Below, piece after piece: positions 10,701 through 20,115 of a stretch of 64,000 bases of DNA. The stretch covers positions 544,001 to 608,000 of the forward strand of contig CAWJYV010000007.1 in NCBI GenBank assembly GCA_963847185.1. Reading direction: 5' to 3'. The translations under genes were made by a program, and so were the position numbers. Source of the DNA: an uncultured Methanosarcinaceae archaeon. GTDB taxonomy: Archaea; Halobacteriota; Methanosarcinia; Methanosarcinales; Methanosarcinaceae. Position 1 is the first letter of the stretch. Every line of letters begins with the position of its first letter. The notes beneath the pieces are model-generated. The model was not told the origin of the DNA and did not search any database. It saw only the letters and a program-made list of their open reading frames with translations.

Positions 10701-11453
10701 ATCTCCTTAAAAATAATTTTACATTTATGATTCCCTGAAAAATTGCGAAAACAATTTCACGAAAGCTTATTGTGTGAGTTAATTTCATTACAACCCAAAA
10801 ACAGGTGTTTAAGTTTTTTAGGCAATGATTTTTTAATAAGGTTCTTTCTCCTTAGCAGTTCTATTATATACACATTATAAGAGTAGTGTTTTTTTATGTA
10901 AGTAGGCGTAAATTCCTATTCAGGCGGCTCGGAAGTATATACACATATTCAGCGTTAACTTTAAGTTTTTTTCGGTAGCGTTATCTTCAACAAAATTCAT
11001 GATCTGGCTCGGCGCAGTAAGAGATTCATACAAGGGATAAAAGTCTTTGTGTTCAGGTAATTTTTTATAAAAGTTTCTCACGCATGTAAATTCTTCTCTT
11101 GAAAAGGCAAAACAGAGTATGTAAGGAAGAACAGAAATCAAATATAATTGGAAAATTCTACAAAATAGAACGATATAATTAAGAGCTTAACACAAATGAT
11201 TAACATAAAATATGAAATCTATTCTTATTTTGAAATTGGATTTTTCGTAAATGATAAGATGCTTCGTATCTGGAAATAATTAAACTTGAATCGGAAAAGA
11301 GAATAGAAATTGTTAATACATTCATTTTAAAGGATTCCTTTACAAGAAAGTCTTACTATATACCTCCTAAAAATGAGATTTTCCCATAAATCCAGTGAGT
11401 AAAGGTTTGATAATTTTCTGGAATTATGGAAGATCTCTTTTAAAAATCCAATC

Positions 11454-14381
11454 TTATCTGTAAGTTAAACTCAACTTTGGCATTAGACTAGCGTTTCCAC
11501 AATCTGAACTGTAGAATGCGATATAATTGTTGTTTTCATTTCTGGCTTTTATAAGGAAGCCTGTGTTTGCGTACTTTCCGGTTGCATATTCATTTACAAG
11601 ATCAGTTACGTCAAGCTCACAGTATTTTTTGTTTGCTAAAGTACTGGCTTTAAAAGTTAGCGTGGCATACGGAGTACTTCCATGTAAAACTCCGTTTTTA
11701 TCATACCAGTCTCCTCCAGGCTTGTTCCAGGGAATCCCACTGTCTTTTCTGTTCCAGCTCACATAACTGGAATTCCAGGAGGAAGCAGGCCTATAAACCT
11801 CAATAACAGTATCATTTTGCCGGACGCTATTTGGATAATACCAGAAGAGGGAAAGAGCAGCATTGCTCACTTCTGTTGCGCCTTTATATTTGCTGAGGTC
11901 AAACAGTATTAGATCCCTATACTTGCTACTGCCAAGTCCTCCAACATCGAGAAATACCTTACTCGAAAAGATGGTCCCAGGAGACGATTCGCGAATAAGA
12001 TTATCTTTTGCGCCGGTAAGGGTTGCGTTTACAACCGGGTTAGAAGTTACTTTTTTGGTGACATCAAGCTTCGGAACTTTGCTTGAGTTTCCAAAATCTG
12101 AACTGTAGAAAGCAACGTAATTGTTGTTTTCAGTTCTAGCTTTAATCAGGAAACCCGTGTTTGGATATTTCCCGCTAACATACTCCTTTACAAGGTCAGT
12201 TACGTTTAGCTGGTAATATCTGTTACCTGGCAAACTGCTGGCTTTCAGGGTTAAAGTGGCATATGGAGTGCTGCCCTGCAAAATCCTGTTTTTATCATAC
12301 CAGTCTCCGCCGTTTTTATTCCAGGCAATACCGTTATCTCTCTTATTCCAGCTCACATAACCGGGATTCCAGGCTGAAGCGGGTCTATAGATTTCAATAA
12401 CAGTATCATTTAGTCTCGAATTGAGTGGATAATACCACCACAGAGAGAGGGTAACGTTACTGATTTCGTCTTCACTGGTGTATTCGCTCACATTAAACCA
12501 TATCATGTCTCTGAAATTGCCAGAACTGCTCGTTCCTCCTACACCAATGTACGAGTCTTTCTGAAAGATACCAGTAGGGGAATACTCACAAAGGCGGTTG
12601 TCATACACCTTTCCAGAAAGACTCATAGAGTTGTCATTCTCTATCACACTTATGCTTATAATCTCCGAATCACTGGAACTACCATCACTTGCCTTAAAAG
12701 TTACTTCATAAGTTCCTTTTTGTCCGGTAGTAGGAGCCCAGCTGAAGAATCCCGATTTGTTGTTCAGAGATGCACCTGTAGGAAGGCCTGAAGCAGAGTA
12801 AGTAAGGCTGTCTCCATCAGCATCAGAAGCTTTCACCGTAAAATTAAGATTTTCTCCTATTTTTACTGTAGAATTTGAAATGGAAGTAATTACTGGAGCA
12901 TTATTCTTCGATACATTTGATTTTGATGCATAAATTGTATTTCCATATCTTCCGATGTTGATTCTGTTCCCATTGTCTTCAGGTTCATTTGAATAATCAG
13001 AAGAAAGATATCCTGCATCAATGCATGGAGAGCTTACACTGTCCTTTACCCACGTTTTTCCGTTCCAGCGGCCTGCTGCTGACTTCAGATGATAGTCATG
13101 GTTTTTCCGGTTTACAAAAAGTGGGTCTACGTAAATATCTGTTGTCGATGTACAGTTTTTATATTTGCCTGCTGAATTATTGTAAAGGCAGTTATTTTGA
13201 ATCTCAAACTTATGTGTGCTAGGAAGGTTATTAATCACTCCATATCCTCCGCTAGGGTCTGCTTTACACTTAAGAGTGTTTACAATTATGTTGTTGCGAA
13301 TTATAGTTACGTATCCGCCTTTCGGAGAATAAATAGAGGAATAACCAGGCATATACATGTGGATAATGGCAGCATTGTATGCACCGTCAAAGACATTGTT
13401 TTCAATGGTCGTGTTATTGAATCCTCCTGCTAAGATTCCTCCTATCCATGCAATTCCAGAGTTAGTGCCGGTATTGTAGAAAATGTTATGATGGATGTAG
13501 ACATCTTTACCCTGGTCTCTGGTAGTAGAAGAAGTATCATAATTGAAAATCCAGATTCCAGGACCATATGTGTTGTTGAAAGTATTATTGTAGATCTCGA
13601 TATTATCCATAATAGCTGAACTTTTTTCTATCTGAATACCTGGTCCACCAGTACTCATATAGTAGAAAGAATCCATTTCGTTGTCATGGAACTTTACATA
13701 ATTTGAGTTCCAGGCTCTAAGACCACTATTGGTCCTGCAGGTGATGGTATTATTCCAGGCTTCTATATTATTACACTCAATTGCAAACAGACCATCGTGG
13801 CCCAGTTTTGAAATTCTGTTGTTGTAAAACTGAATGTTTTGGCTATTTCTTATTCTTAGTCCGTCCCCATGTCCATCATGCATGTACATATTGTATACTT
13901 TTACGTTATTACAACGTATGAAGTAAATTATGTTGTAGTACCCTTTACCCTTAGAAATTCCGGAGTTCCCATCGTGATTTACATTAACTTCAAAACCCCT
14001 TACTGTGATGTTATTATTTCCTGCGCTGCTCATCTGCTGAATAAGAGGTTTCATAGTAGCCCAGCCCGCATTATTGGCAAGCTTTATCACAGCATTAGAG
14101 TCTCCTTCAAGAATTGTGTTGCTGCCAATTAAAAGAGTATCGTCAATAATATAGGTAAAAGGTCCTTTAAGGTGGACAGTTGTATAACTTGGATTTTCTG
14201 CAACAAACTTTAAAGCCTGGTTAATCTGTAAGTGGTCATCTTTTCCGTCGCAGTTAAAATCCCCACTTCCATCTCCTGCAACATAAACTGTCGGTGCGGG
14301 ACTTCTGCATGAAACAGCAGGAACACTTACAAGAATAAGGCAACCTACTAAAAAGAGGATTCCGAATTCCTTTTTCATCAT
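11454..14381 (-). CDS. Secreted disaggregatase-like protein: right-handed beta-helix + Ig/cadherin-like domain + two DNRLRE (disaggregatase-related) repeats
   Basis: Signal peptide from the ATG at 14381 (CAGGTGA RBS); parallel beta-helix repeats; ASDADGDSLTYSASGLP Ig-like motif; YDNRLCE / KDNLIRE and GGDWYDKN repeats. Confidence 0.85.
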   Translation of the reverse strand: MMKKEFGILFLVGCLILVSVPAVSCRSPAPTVYVAGDGSGDFNCDGKDDHLQINQALKFVAENPSYTTVHLKGPFTYIIDDTLLIGSNTILEGDSNAVIKLANNAGWATMKPLIQQMSSAGNNNITVRGFEVNVNHDGNSGISKGKGYYNIIYFIRCNNVKVYNMYMHDGHGDGLRIRNSQNIQFYNNRISKLGHDGLFAIECNNIEAWNNTITCRTNSGLRAWNSNYVKFHDNEMDSFYYMSTGGPGIQIEKSSAIMDNIEIYNNTFNNTYGPGIWIFNYDTSSTTRDQGKDVYIHHNIFYNTGTNSGIAWIGGILAGGFNNTTIENNVFDGAYNAAIIHMYMPGYSSIYSPKGGYVTIIRNNIIVNTLKCKADPSGGYGVINNLPSTHKFEIQNNCLYNNSAGKYKNCTSTTDIYVDPLFVNRKNHDYHLKSAAGRWNGKTWVKDSVSSPCIDAGYLSSDYSNEPEDNGNRINIGRYGNTIYASKSNVSKNNAPVITSISNSTVKIGENLNFTVKASDADGDSLTYSASGLPTGASLNNKSGFFSWAPTTGQKGTYEVTFKASDGSSSDSEIISISVIENDNSMSLSGKVYDNRLCEYSPTGIFQKDSYIGVGGTSSSGNFRDMIWFNVSEYTSEDEISNVTLSLWWYYPLNSRLNDTVIEIYRPASAWNPGYVSWNKRDNGIAWNKNGGDWYDKNRILQGSTPYATLTLKASSLPGNRYYQLNVTDLVKEYVSGKYPNTGFLIKARTENNNYVAFYSSDFGNSSKVPKLDVTKKVTSNPVVNATLTGAKDNLIRESSPGTIFSSKVFLDVGGLGSSKYRDLILFDLSKYKGATEVSNAALSLFWYYPNSVRQNDTVIEVYRPASSWNSSYVSWNRKDSGIPWNKPGGDWYDKNGVLHGSTPYATLTFKASTLANKKYCELDVTDLVNEYATGKYANTGFLIKARNENNNYIAFYSSDCGNASLMPKLSLTYR

Positions 14382-14756
14382 TGATATCACCTGGAAGTAA
14401 TCAGATAAAAAACAGTTATACTTTTCTTCAGACAGAGTGTGTTGCGGTGATCCTCTTCTGTCTCTAAAAAAATTTACATACATTGTCAAAGATTTTAATT
14501 GATTTGTTAATTTGTTTCCCACAAAACGGATCGAATTTTGCAAATAGTATCCACTCCCCGAAATTGAAGATTATAGATCTAACTACAGAGAAATTCCCAG
14601 TCACAGAGGATATTGATATTACAATTACAACAAAATATTTCAAACAAGTTTTCCCTGTATCTCAGGTCAATTTCTCAAATTTGTACTAATCCCCCTGGAA
14701 GCGTGAGGAATATATGTGTAGTTAATCTCTAATTATATTTCTATAGTCATTACCAT

Positions 14757-14782
14757 ATTAGATCATTATATTATAAAAGTAT
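14757..14782 (-). promoter_or_regulatory. Conserved TATA-containing promoter block (copy 1)
   Basis: 26 bp ATTAGATCATTATATTATAAAAGTAT, identical to 17127-17152; lies ~375 nt upstream of the beta-helix gene start. Confidence 0.6.
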
Positions 14783-15299
14783 TTACGCAATAATCTTAAA
14801 TTTATTTCTAAGTATTTGGAAAATATGGGGGCCACAGTAGATTTTTTGGAATAAAAACTTAAATATGGATAGATTTTATTTAATTTCAGTATAAATTAAT
14901 TTTCAAATAAATATTCAAATTTTCCTAAAGATTATTTATCTGAAAACTGGAGAAAAATCTTAGTATCGCGTCAATCCTGAAGGATTCAACGATTCAGATT
15001 GTCTTAACCGATTTTATATGTCCTTTTACTATTTACGTGACATTAGCCTTTATTTTTGTCTCGATATAGAATCAAATAATTCGAATAGACCTATAATTAT
15101 TAGAATCAGAATACTAGACTAAGTTGAACAAAAAATAGAAGATTAGATCAAGTTGAATAAGAAATATAAAGAGACTCCCAAATCTTCAAAAGTAAAAATC
15201 TATGGAAGTTAAACCTTTGCCTTTGTGTAGGCTACTCCCATATGTGTCACAATTTTGGAAATATGATCTACTGAAGGTACAGACCAGAAATTAGTTGTT

Positions 15300-16775
15300 T
15301 CAACTTTTTGATTTTGATGCATATATAGTATTTCCATATCTCCCTATATTTATCCTATTGCCGTTATTTTCAGGTTCCTTTGAATAATTTGAAGAGGGAT
15401 ACCCTTTATCAATACATGGGGAGCTCACTTTATCTTTAACCCAGGTTTTGCCATTCCAGCGTCCTGCTATCGACTGCAGATGGTAATCGTGGTTTTTCTG
15501 GTTTGCAAATAGAGGATTTACGTAAATATCAGTTGTCGATGTGCAGCTTTTATAGTTGCCTCCTGTGTTATTATAAAGGCAATTATTTTGCAGCACAAAT
15601 TTATGGTTCTTAGTTAGCTCATTGACCGCTCCATTCCCTGTTCCGCTAGGACTTTTTATACGCTTCTTCGTGTTTACAATTATATTGTTACGCAAAATTG
15701 TTGTGTATCCTGTTTTTGATGTATAATTTGGAGAATAACCACTGGGATACGTGTGAACAACTGCAGCGTTGTATACCCCGTCAAAAACATTGTTTTCTAT
15801 TAGAGTGTCGTGGAATCCACTCAATATAATGCCCCCTACCCAGGTAATTCCGGTATTAGTGCCCGTGCCATAGAAAATATTGTGATGAATTTTGATATTT
15901 TTGCCCTGTTCTTTTGTGGTAGAAGAGGTATCATAGTTGAACATCCAGATCCCAGGACCATAAGTATCATAAAGCGTATTATTGTATACTTCTAGAGTAT
16001 CCATAACGCCGCTACTTTTTTCTATTTGTATGGCTGCTCCGCCTGTACACCGGTAGTAAGAAGATTCAATCACATTATCGTGAACTTTTACTTTATTAGA
16101 GTTCCATATCCTTATTCCGCTGTTAGTTCTGCAGGTTATTCTGTTATTCCAAGCCTCTACATTCTTACACTCGCTTGCAAACAGGCCGTCATGTCCAAGT
16201 TTAGAGATTTTATTGTTGTAGAATCGAACGTTTTCACCGTACTTTACTCTCAGCCCATCACCATGCCCATCGTGCATGTACATATTGTATACTTTTATAT
16301 TATTAGAGTGAGTAAAATACATTATATTGTAATACCCTTTACCCAGGGAAATCCCGGGGTTCCCAGCATAGTTTACGTTAACTTCGAAACCCCTTACCGT
16401 GATGTTATTATTTCCTGCGCTGTTCATCTGGCGTATAAGGGGTTTCATCGTAGCCCAGCGTGCATTATTGACAAGCTTTATCACAGCAGTCGAGTCTCCT
16501 TCAAGAATTGTATTGCTTCCGATTAAAAGAGTCTCGTCAATAACATAGGTAAATGGTCCCTTCAGGTGAACGGTTGTGTATGCAGAGTTTGACGCAACAA
16601 ATTTTAAAGCCTGGTTAATCTGTACGTGGTCGTCTTTCCCGTCGCAGTTAAAATCTCCACTCCCATCTCCTGCAACATAAATTGTTGGTGCGGGACTTCT
16701 GCATGAAGCAGCAGGAATACTTGCAAGAATAAGGCAACCTGCCATGAAAAGGATTAGGAACCCTCTTTTTATCAT
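15300..16775 (-). CDS. Secreted beta-helix protein (disaggregatase-like N-terminal domain only)
   Basis: Highly similar to the N-terminal ~490 aa of 11454-14381; ends at RINIGRYGNTIYASKSKS; signal peptide from the ATG at 16775. Confidence 0.85.
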   Translation of the reverse strand: MIKRGFLILFMAGCLILASIPAASCRSPAPTIYVAGDGSGDFNCDGKDDHVQINQALKFVASNSAYTTVHLKGPFTYVIDETLLIGSNTILEGDSTAVIKLVNNARWATMKPLIRQMNSAGNNNITVRGFEVNVNYAGNPGISLGKGYYNIMYFTHSNNIKVYNMYMHDGHGDGLRVKYGENVRFYNNKISKLGHDGLFASECKNVEAWNNRITCRTNSGIRIWNSNKVKVHDNVIESSYYRCTGGAAIQIEKSSGVMDTLEVYNNTLYDTYGPGIWMFNYDTSSTTKEQGKNIKIHHNIFYGTGTNTGITWVGGIILSGFHDTLIENNVFDGVYNAAVVHTYPSGYSPNYTSKTGYTTILRNNIIVNTKKRIKSPSGTGNGAVNELTKNHKFVLQNNCLYNNTGGNYKSCTSTTDIYVNPLFANQKNHDYHLQSIAGRWNGKTWVKDKVSSPCIDKGYPSSNYSKEPENNGNRINIGRYGNTIYASKSKS

Positions 16776-17126
16776 TGATATAATTTGAGAGTTATAATCA
16801 AAAAACTCGCTTTCATATTTCTTAGATAAATATTTATGTGGTAATGTATTCACATCTTCACAAAATTTCAGGTCCGCATTAAAAAGTTTAAATAGGTTTA
16901 TTATTCTGTATCTGGTGTAAATACTATATACTCCCGAATGCAAATCGTATCCACTCTCCGAAGTTCAAGACTATAGAATACCTCTGAGAAATTCTCTGCA
17001 CAAGAGGCTAATGAATCACAAATATGCGACTCAGGTAGCTTCTCGAATTCTCATAATCCCCCCGGCGAAACATGAGAAATTAATTACTTCTCTATTTCTA
17101 ATTTAATTTCTACAGTCTACATTGTA

Positions 17127-17152
17127 ATTAGATCATTATATTATAAAAGTAT
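17127..17152 (-). promoter_or_regulatory. Conserved TATA-containing promoter block (copy 2)
   Basis: Identical to 14757-14782. Confidence 0.6.
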
Positions 17153-17274
17153 ATATGCAGTATTTTTGAACCTGCAAATATTTTATATCCTTAAATGAAA
17201 AAAATAGTAATATAAAGTCCCTTTTAACTGTTATAAAGTCTCTATTAACTGTTTACATTTTTGTTAGAATAATG

Positions 17275-18459
17275 TCAGATTATATCGTTGCATATGTCCA
17301 GAATTTTTCTTGCGACACCATTCCAGCTATGATTTTTAAGGACATATTTGCGACCTTTCTCTCCCATAAGAGTTCTAGTATTTTTATCTGAAATCAATTT
17401 TACTACGGCAGCCGCAAGTTCTTTGGGATTCTCAGGAGTTACTGAGATGCCTCCTCCTGAAGATTCAATCAAATCTTTAACTCCGGGAATACTGCTTGCT
17501 ACTATAGGTTTTCCACAGGCAAGGTATTCATAAGTTTTCAAGGCTGAAAGTCCTATTTTCGAGTTTCTTTCCATAATAAAAGGAGCAACGCAAATATCAG
17601 ATGCGTTAATGTACAGGGGGACACTTTCGTAAGGGACTCTTCCAGTAAAAATGAATTTATCTGAAAGCCCCAATTTGGAAGCCATTTCTATTAATCTGTC
17701 CTTCATAACTCCGTCTCCAACAACAAGAAAACGAACATCGGGACATTTCTCCAGAATTAAAGGTGAAGCATGAATCAAAAACTCAACTCCCTGCCAGCCA
17801 GCAAGATGCCCAACAAAGCATACGTATCTTTTTGAGTCTTCCAGCCCAATTTTGGCTTTTATCTGTTTCTGATCCATAGGCTTGAACAGATCGGTATTTG
17901 CTCCATTATTAATAACAAAGATTTTTTCCTGAGGAACAGAGTAAAACCTTACAAGTTCATCTTTGAGTTTATCCGTGACAGAAACTATCCTGTCGCAATA
18001 TCTGTAATTCAGTTTTTCGGAACTGAGTGCCAGATAAGAAAAAACTCTATATGCAAATGATTTTGAGTCTGGGTTTACCTTTAACTCGTCTAAAACCAGC
18101 CCGTTAACCTCTACAATTGAAGGAATTTTCAAAATCTTGCACAGAATTATTGGAAAGAAAGGAAAGGAATTCTGGCGGAGATAAAGTACGTCAGGTCTCT
18201 TTGTTATACATGAATACAAAAGGTAAAAAGAAAGCATGAATTCATACGAAGGCTGTACAAGATATTTGTTGTCAATTACAGGCACGTATTTTATTCCGGT
18301 AAGAGAACGATTCGCACTCTTCTGGCCAGGTGCGAAAAGAACAATATTTGTATATTTCTTCAAGTTTCCAAGGAGCTCAAGGATGTGTACGTTCGAACCG
18401 GATTTAGTATTGAAAGAGCCGTAATAAACCAGGAAAATATTATTTACTTTTTTAGACAT
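17275..18459 (-). CDS. Glycosyltransferase family 4 protein
   Basis: INNGAN, FVGHLAGWQG, KTYEYLACGKPIVAS. Confidence 0.9.
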   Translation of the reverse strand: MSKKVNNIFLVYYGSFNTKSGSNVHILELLGNLKKYTNIVLFAPGQKSANRSLTGIKYVPVIDNKYLVQPSYEFMLSFYLLYSCITKRPDVLYLRQNSFPFFPIILCKILKIPSIVEVNGLVLDELKVNPDSKSFAYRVFSYLALSSEKLNYRYCDRIVSVTDKLKDELVRFYSVPQEKIFVINNGANTDLFKPMDQKQIKAKIGLEDSKRYVCFVGHLAGWQGVEFLIHASPLILEKCPDVRFLVVGDGVMKDRLIEMASKLGLSDKFIFTGRVPYESVPLYINASDICVAPFIMERNSKIGLSALKTYEYLACGKPIVASSIPGVKDLIESSGGGISVTPENPKELAAAVVKLISDKNTRTLMGEKGRKYVLKNHSWNGVARKILDICNDII

Positions 18460-18660
18460 GATTGTCGTTACCAGAATAGTGAAAGTAGTTAATTAGTTTA
18501 TCCCATAACTCTGGTTATTATTTTCAAAGAGTTATAAATATGCTTTTTAACATTAATCCGATGACTGAAAATTCAATACTTTTTTAGGAGAGGTATTTAT
18601 AGGATTAATTCTCTCCTTTGTCTGTTTTTGAGACCTCAAATTCAAAAAAGGTAAAAAGTT

Positions 18661-19863
18661 ATGAGAGTACTGGAAGTATGTCAGGAATTTCCTAACAGGT
18701 ATTATCCTCAACTCGGGACATTCATAAAACAAAGTATTGATTCAATTGCAGATCAGAGTATAGACGTTACTGTCATTTCTCCAAAGCCTTTCGTGCTCCC
18801 TTTTTCCATGTTTCCATATCACAATTTTTGCAAGTTGCCACATCTTGAGCACACTGAGAAATATGATCTTCATTATCCACGCTATGTTTATACTGTTCCT
18901 AAAAAGTATTTTTATCCAATAACCGGAACTTCCTATTCTCACTTTGTCTCCAAATATGCAATCAAACATATAAACCCAGAACCAGATCTTATCCATGCAC
19001 ACTTTTCATATCCTGATGGTTATGGGATGATGGGATTAGCAAAGAAATGGAAGGTCCCACTAGTTATAAGTGCACTTGGAACAATAGAACGAAAAGTTGC
19101 CTATGAAGGCTCCCATACTTCAAAGAAGATTATAGAAGCTATGAATTTCGCAGATAAGATTCTTTCTGTCAGTGAAGACCTCAAGCTTCACATCATGAAT
19201 TTGGGGGTGCCTGAAAATAAAGTCCATGTGGTTCCAAATGGTGTTGACACTGAGAAGTTCAAGTCTGTCGGCAAGGAATATGCAAGGAACCTGTTAAATC
19301 TGCCTCAGGATAAGAATATTGTTTTATTTGTAGGGGCCCTTAGAAAAATAAAAGGAGTGGACTACCTGATAGAGGCTGCAAAAAACTTTGTGGATATTGA
19401 TACTGAGCTTTATATGGTAGGCAGAGATGACGGATTGGGAAAAAGTCTGGAAAAAAGGGCACGAGAGCTTAAAATCACCAATTCCATTAAATACACTGGA
19501 CCCGTAAATCACGATGATATCCCTCTGTGGATCTCAGCTTCGGATATTCTTGTGTTGCCTTCCCTTTCGGAGGGGAGGCCAAATGTAGTGCTCGAGGCTC
19601 TTTCCTGTGAAGTACCTGTTGTAGCAACAGATGTGGGTGGAATTCCGGAACTAATGGTCGATGGGGAAACAGGCTATCTCGTACCTGCAAAAAACCCTGT
19701 GGAGTTAGCTGAAAAAATTAATAAGCTTTTAGAAGACGAAAGTAAGAGAGAAAAGATGGGGCAGTTTGGGCGTAAAAGCATAATCCAGAGAGGTTTGACA
19801 TGGGAAGCTCATGCAAAAAAAACTGTGGATATATATTCAAAGCTTTTGCAGAAGACAAAGTGA
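18661..19863 (+). CDS. Glycosyltransferase family 4 protein
   Basis: IHAHFSYPDG, VPNGVD, LPSLSEGRPNVVLEALSC, TDVGGIPE. Confidence 0.9.
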   Translation: MRVLEVCQEFPNRYYPQLGTFIKQSIDSIADQSIDVTVISPKPFVLPFSMFPYHNFCKLPHLEHTEKYDLHYPRYVYTVPKKYFYPITGTSYSHFVSKYAIKHINPEPDLIHAHFSYPDGYGMMGLAKKWKVPLVISALGTIERKVAYEGSHTSKKIIEAMNFADKILSVSEDLKLHIMNLGVPENKVHVVPNGVDTEKFKSVGKEYARNLLNLPQDKNIVLFVGALRKIKGVDYLIEAAKNFVDIDTELYMVGRDDGLGKSLEKRARELKITNSIKYTGPVNHDDIPLWISASDILVLPSLSEGRPNVVLEALSCEVPVVATDVGGIPELMVDGETGYLVPAKNPVELAEKINKLLEDESKREKMGQFGRKSIIQRGLTWEAHAKKTVDIYSKLLQKTK

Positions 19864-19890
19864 TTTTATAAATTTTTACTATTTTATTAT

Positions 19891-19955
19891 ATTGGGAGCT
19901 CCGAGGTCATGAATACCTGACCTTTTAGGTCAAGAGTGAGGGAACCCTCGACTCT
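19891..19955. mobile_element. Solo end of an IS200/IS605-like miniature element
   Basis: Diverged reverse-complement copy of 48040-48105 with a retained hairpin (TGACCT-TTT-AGGTCA). Confidence 0.6.
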
Positions 19956-20115
19956 TATTTAGTTTTTTAAACCTTCCTGTCTTTTCTTCTTTGTAAATAG
20001 GCTTGTTATCATCTAATTCGTCTGGAACGCAACATACATTATGAAGATCCTGTTTTTTCGATACTAAACTATTCACAAGAAACCATGCAAGTTGTCCAAA
20101 TAATTATTTCTGGTC

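Noticed and set aside
10920-11141. Short intergenic ORFs (10920-11141, 24294-24521, 35135-35326, 47456-47659, 49246-49512)
   Set aside because: No motif, paralog or convincing RBS; likely chance ORFs.
14382-14543. N-terminal extensions of the beta-helix ORFs in the ORF track (also 16776-16943)
   Set aside because: The signal peptides, and the RBS of the long gene, point to starts at 14381 and 16775.
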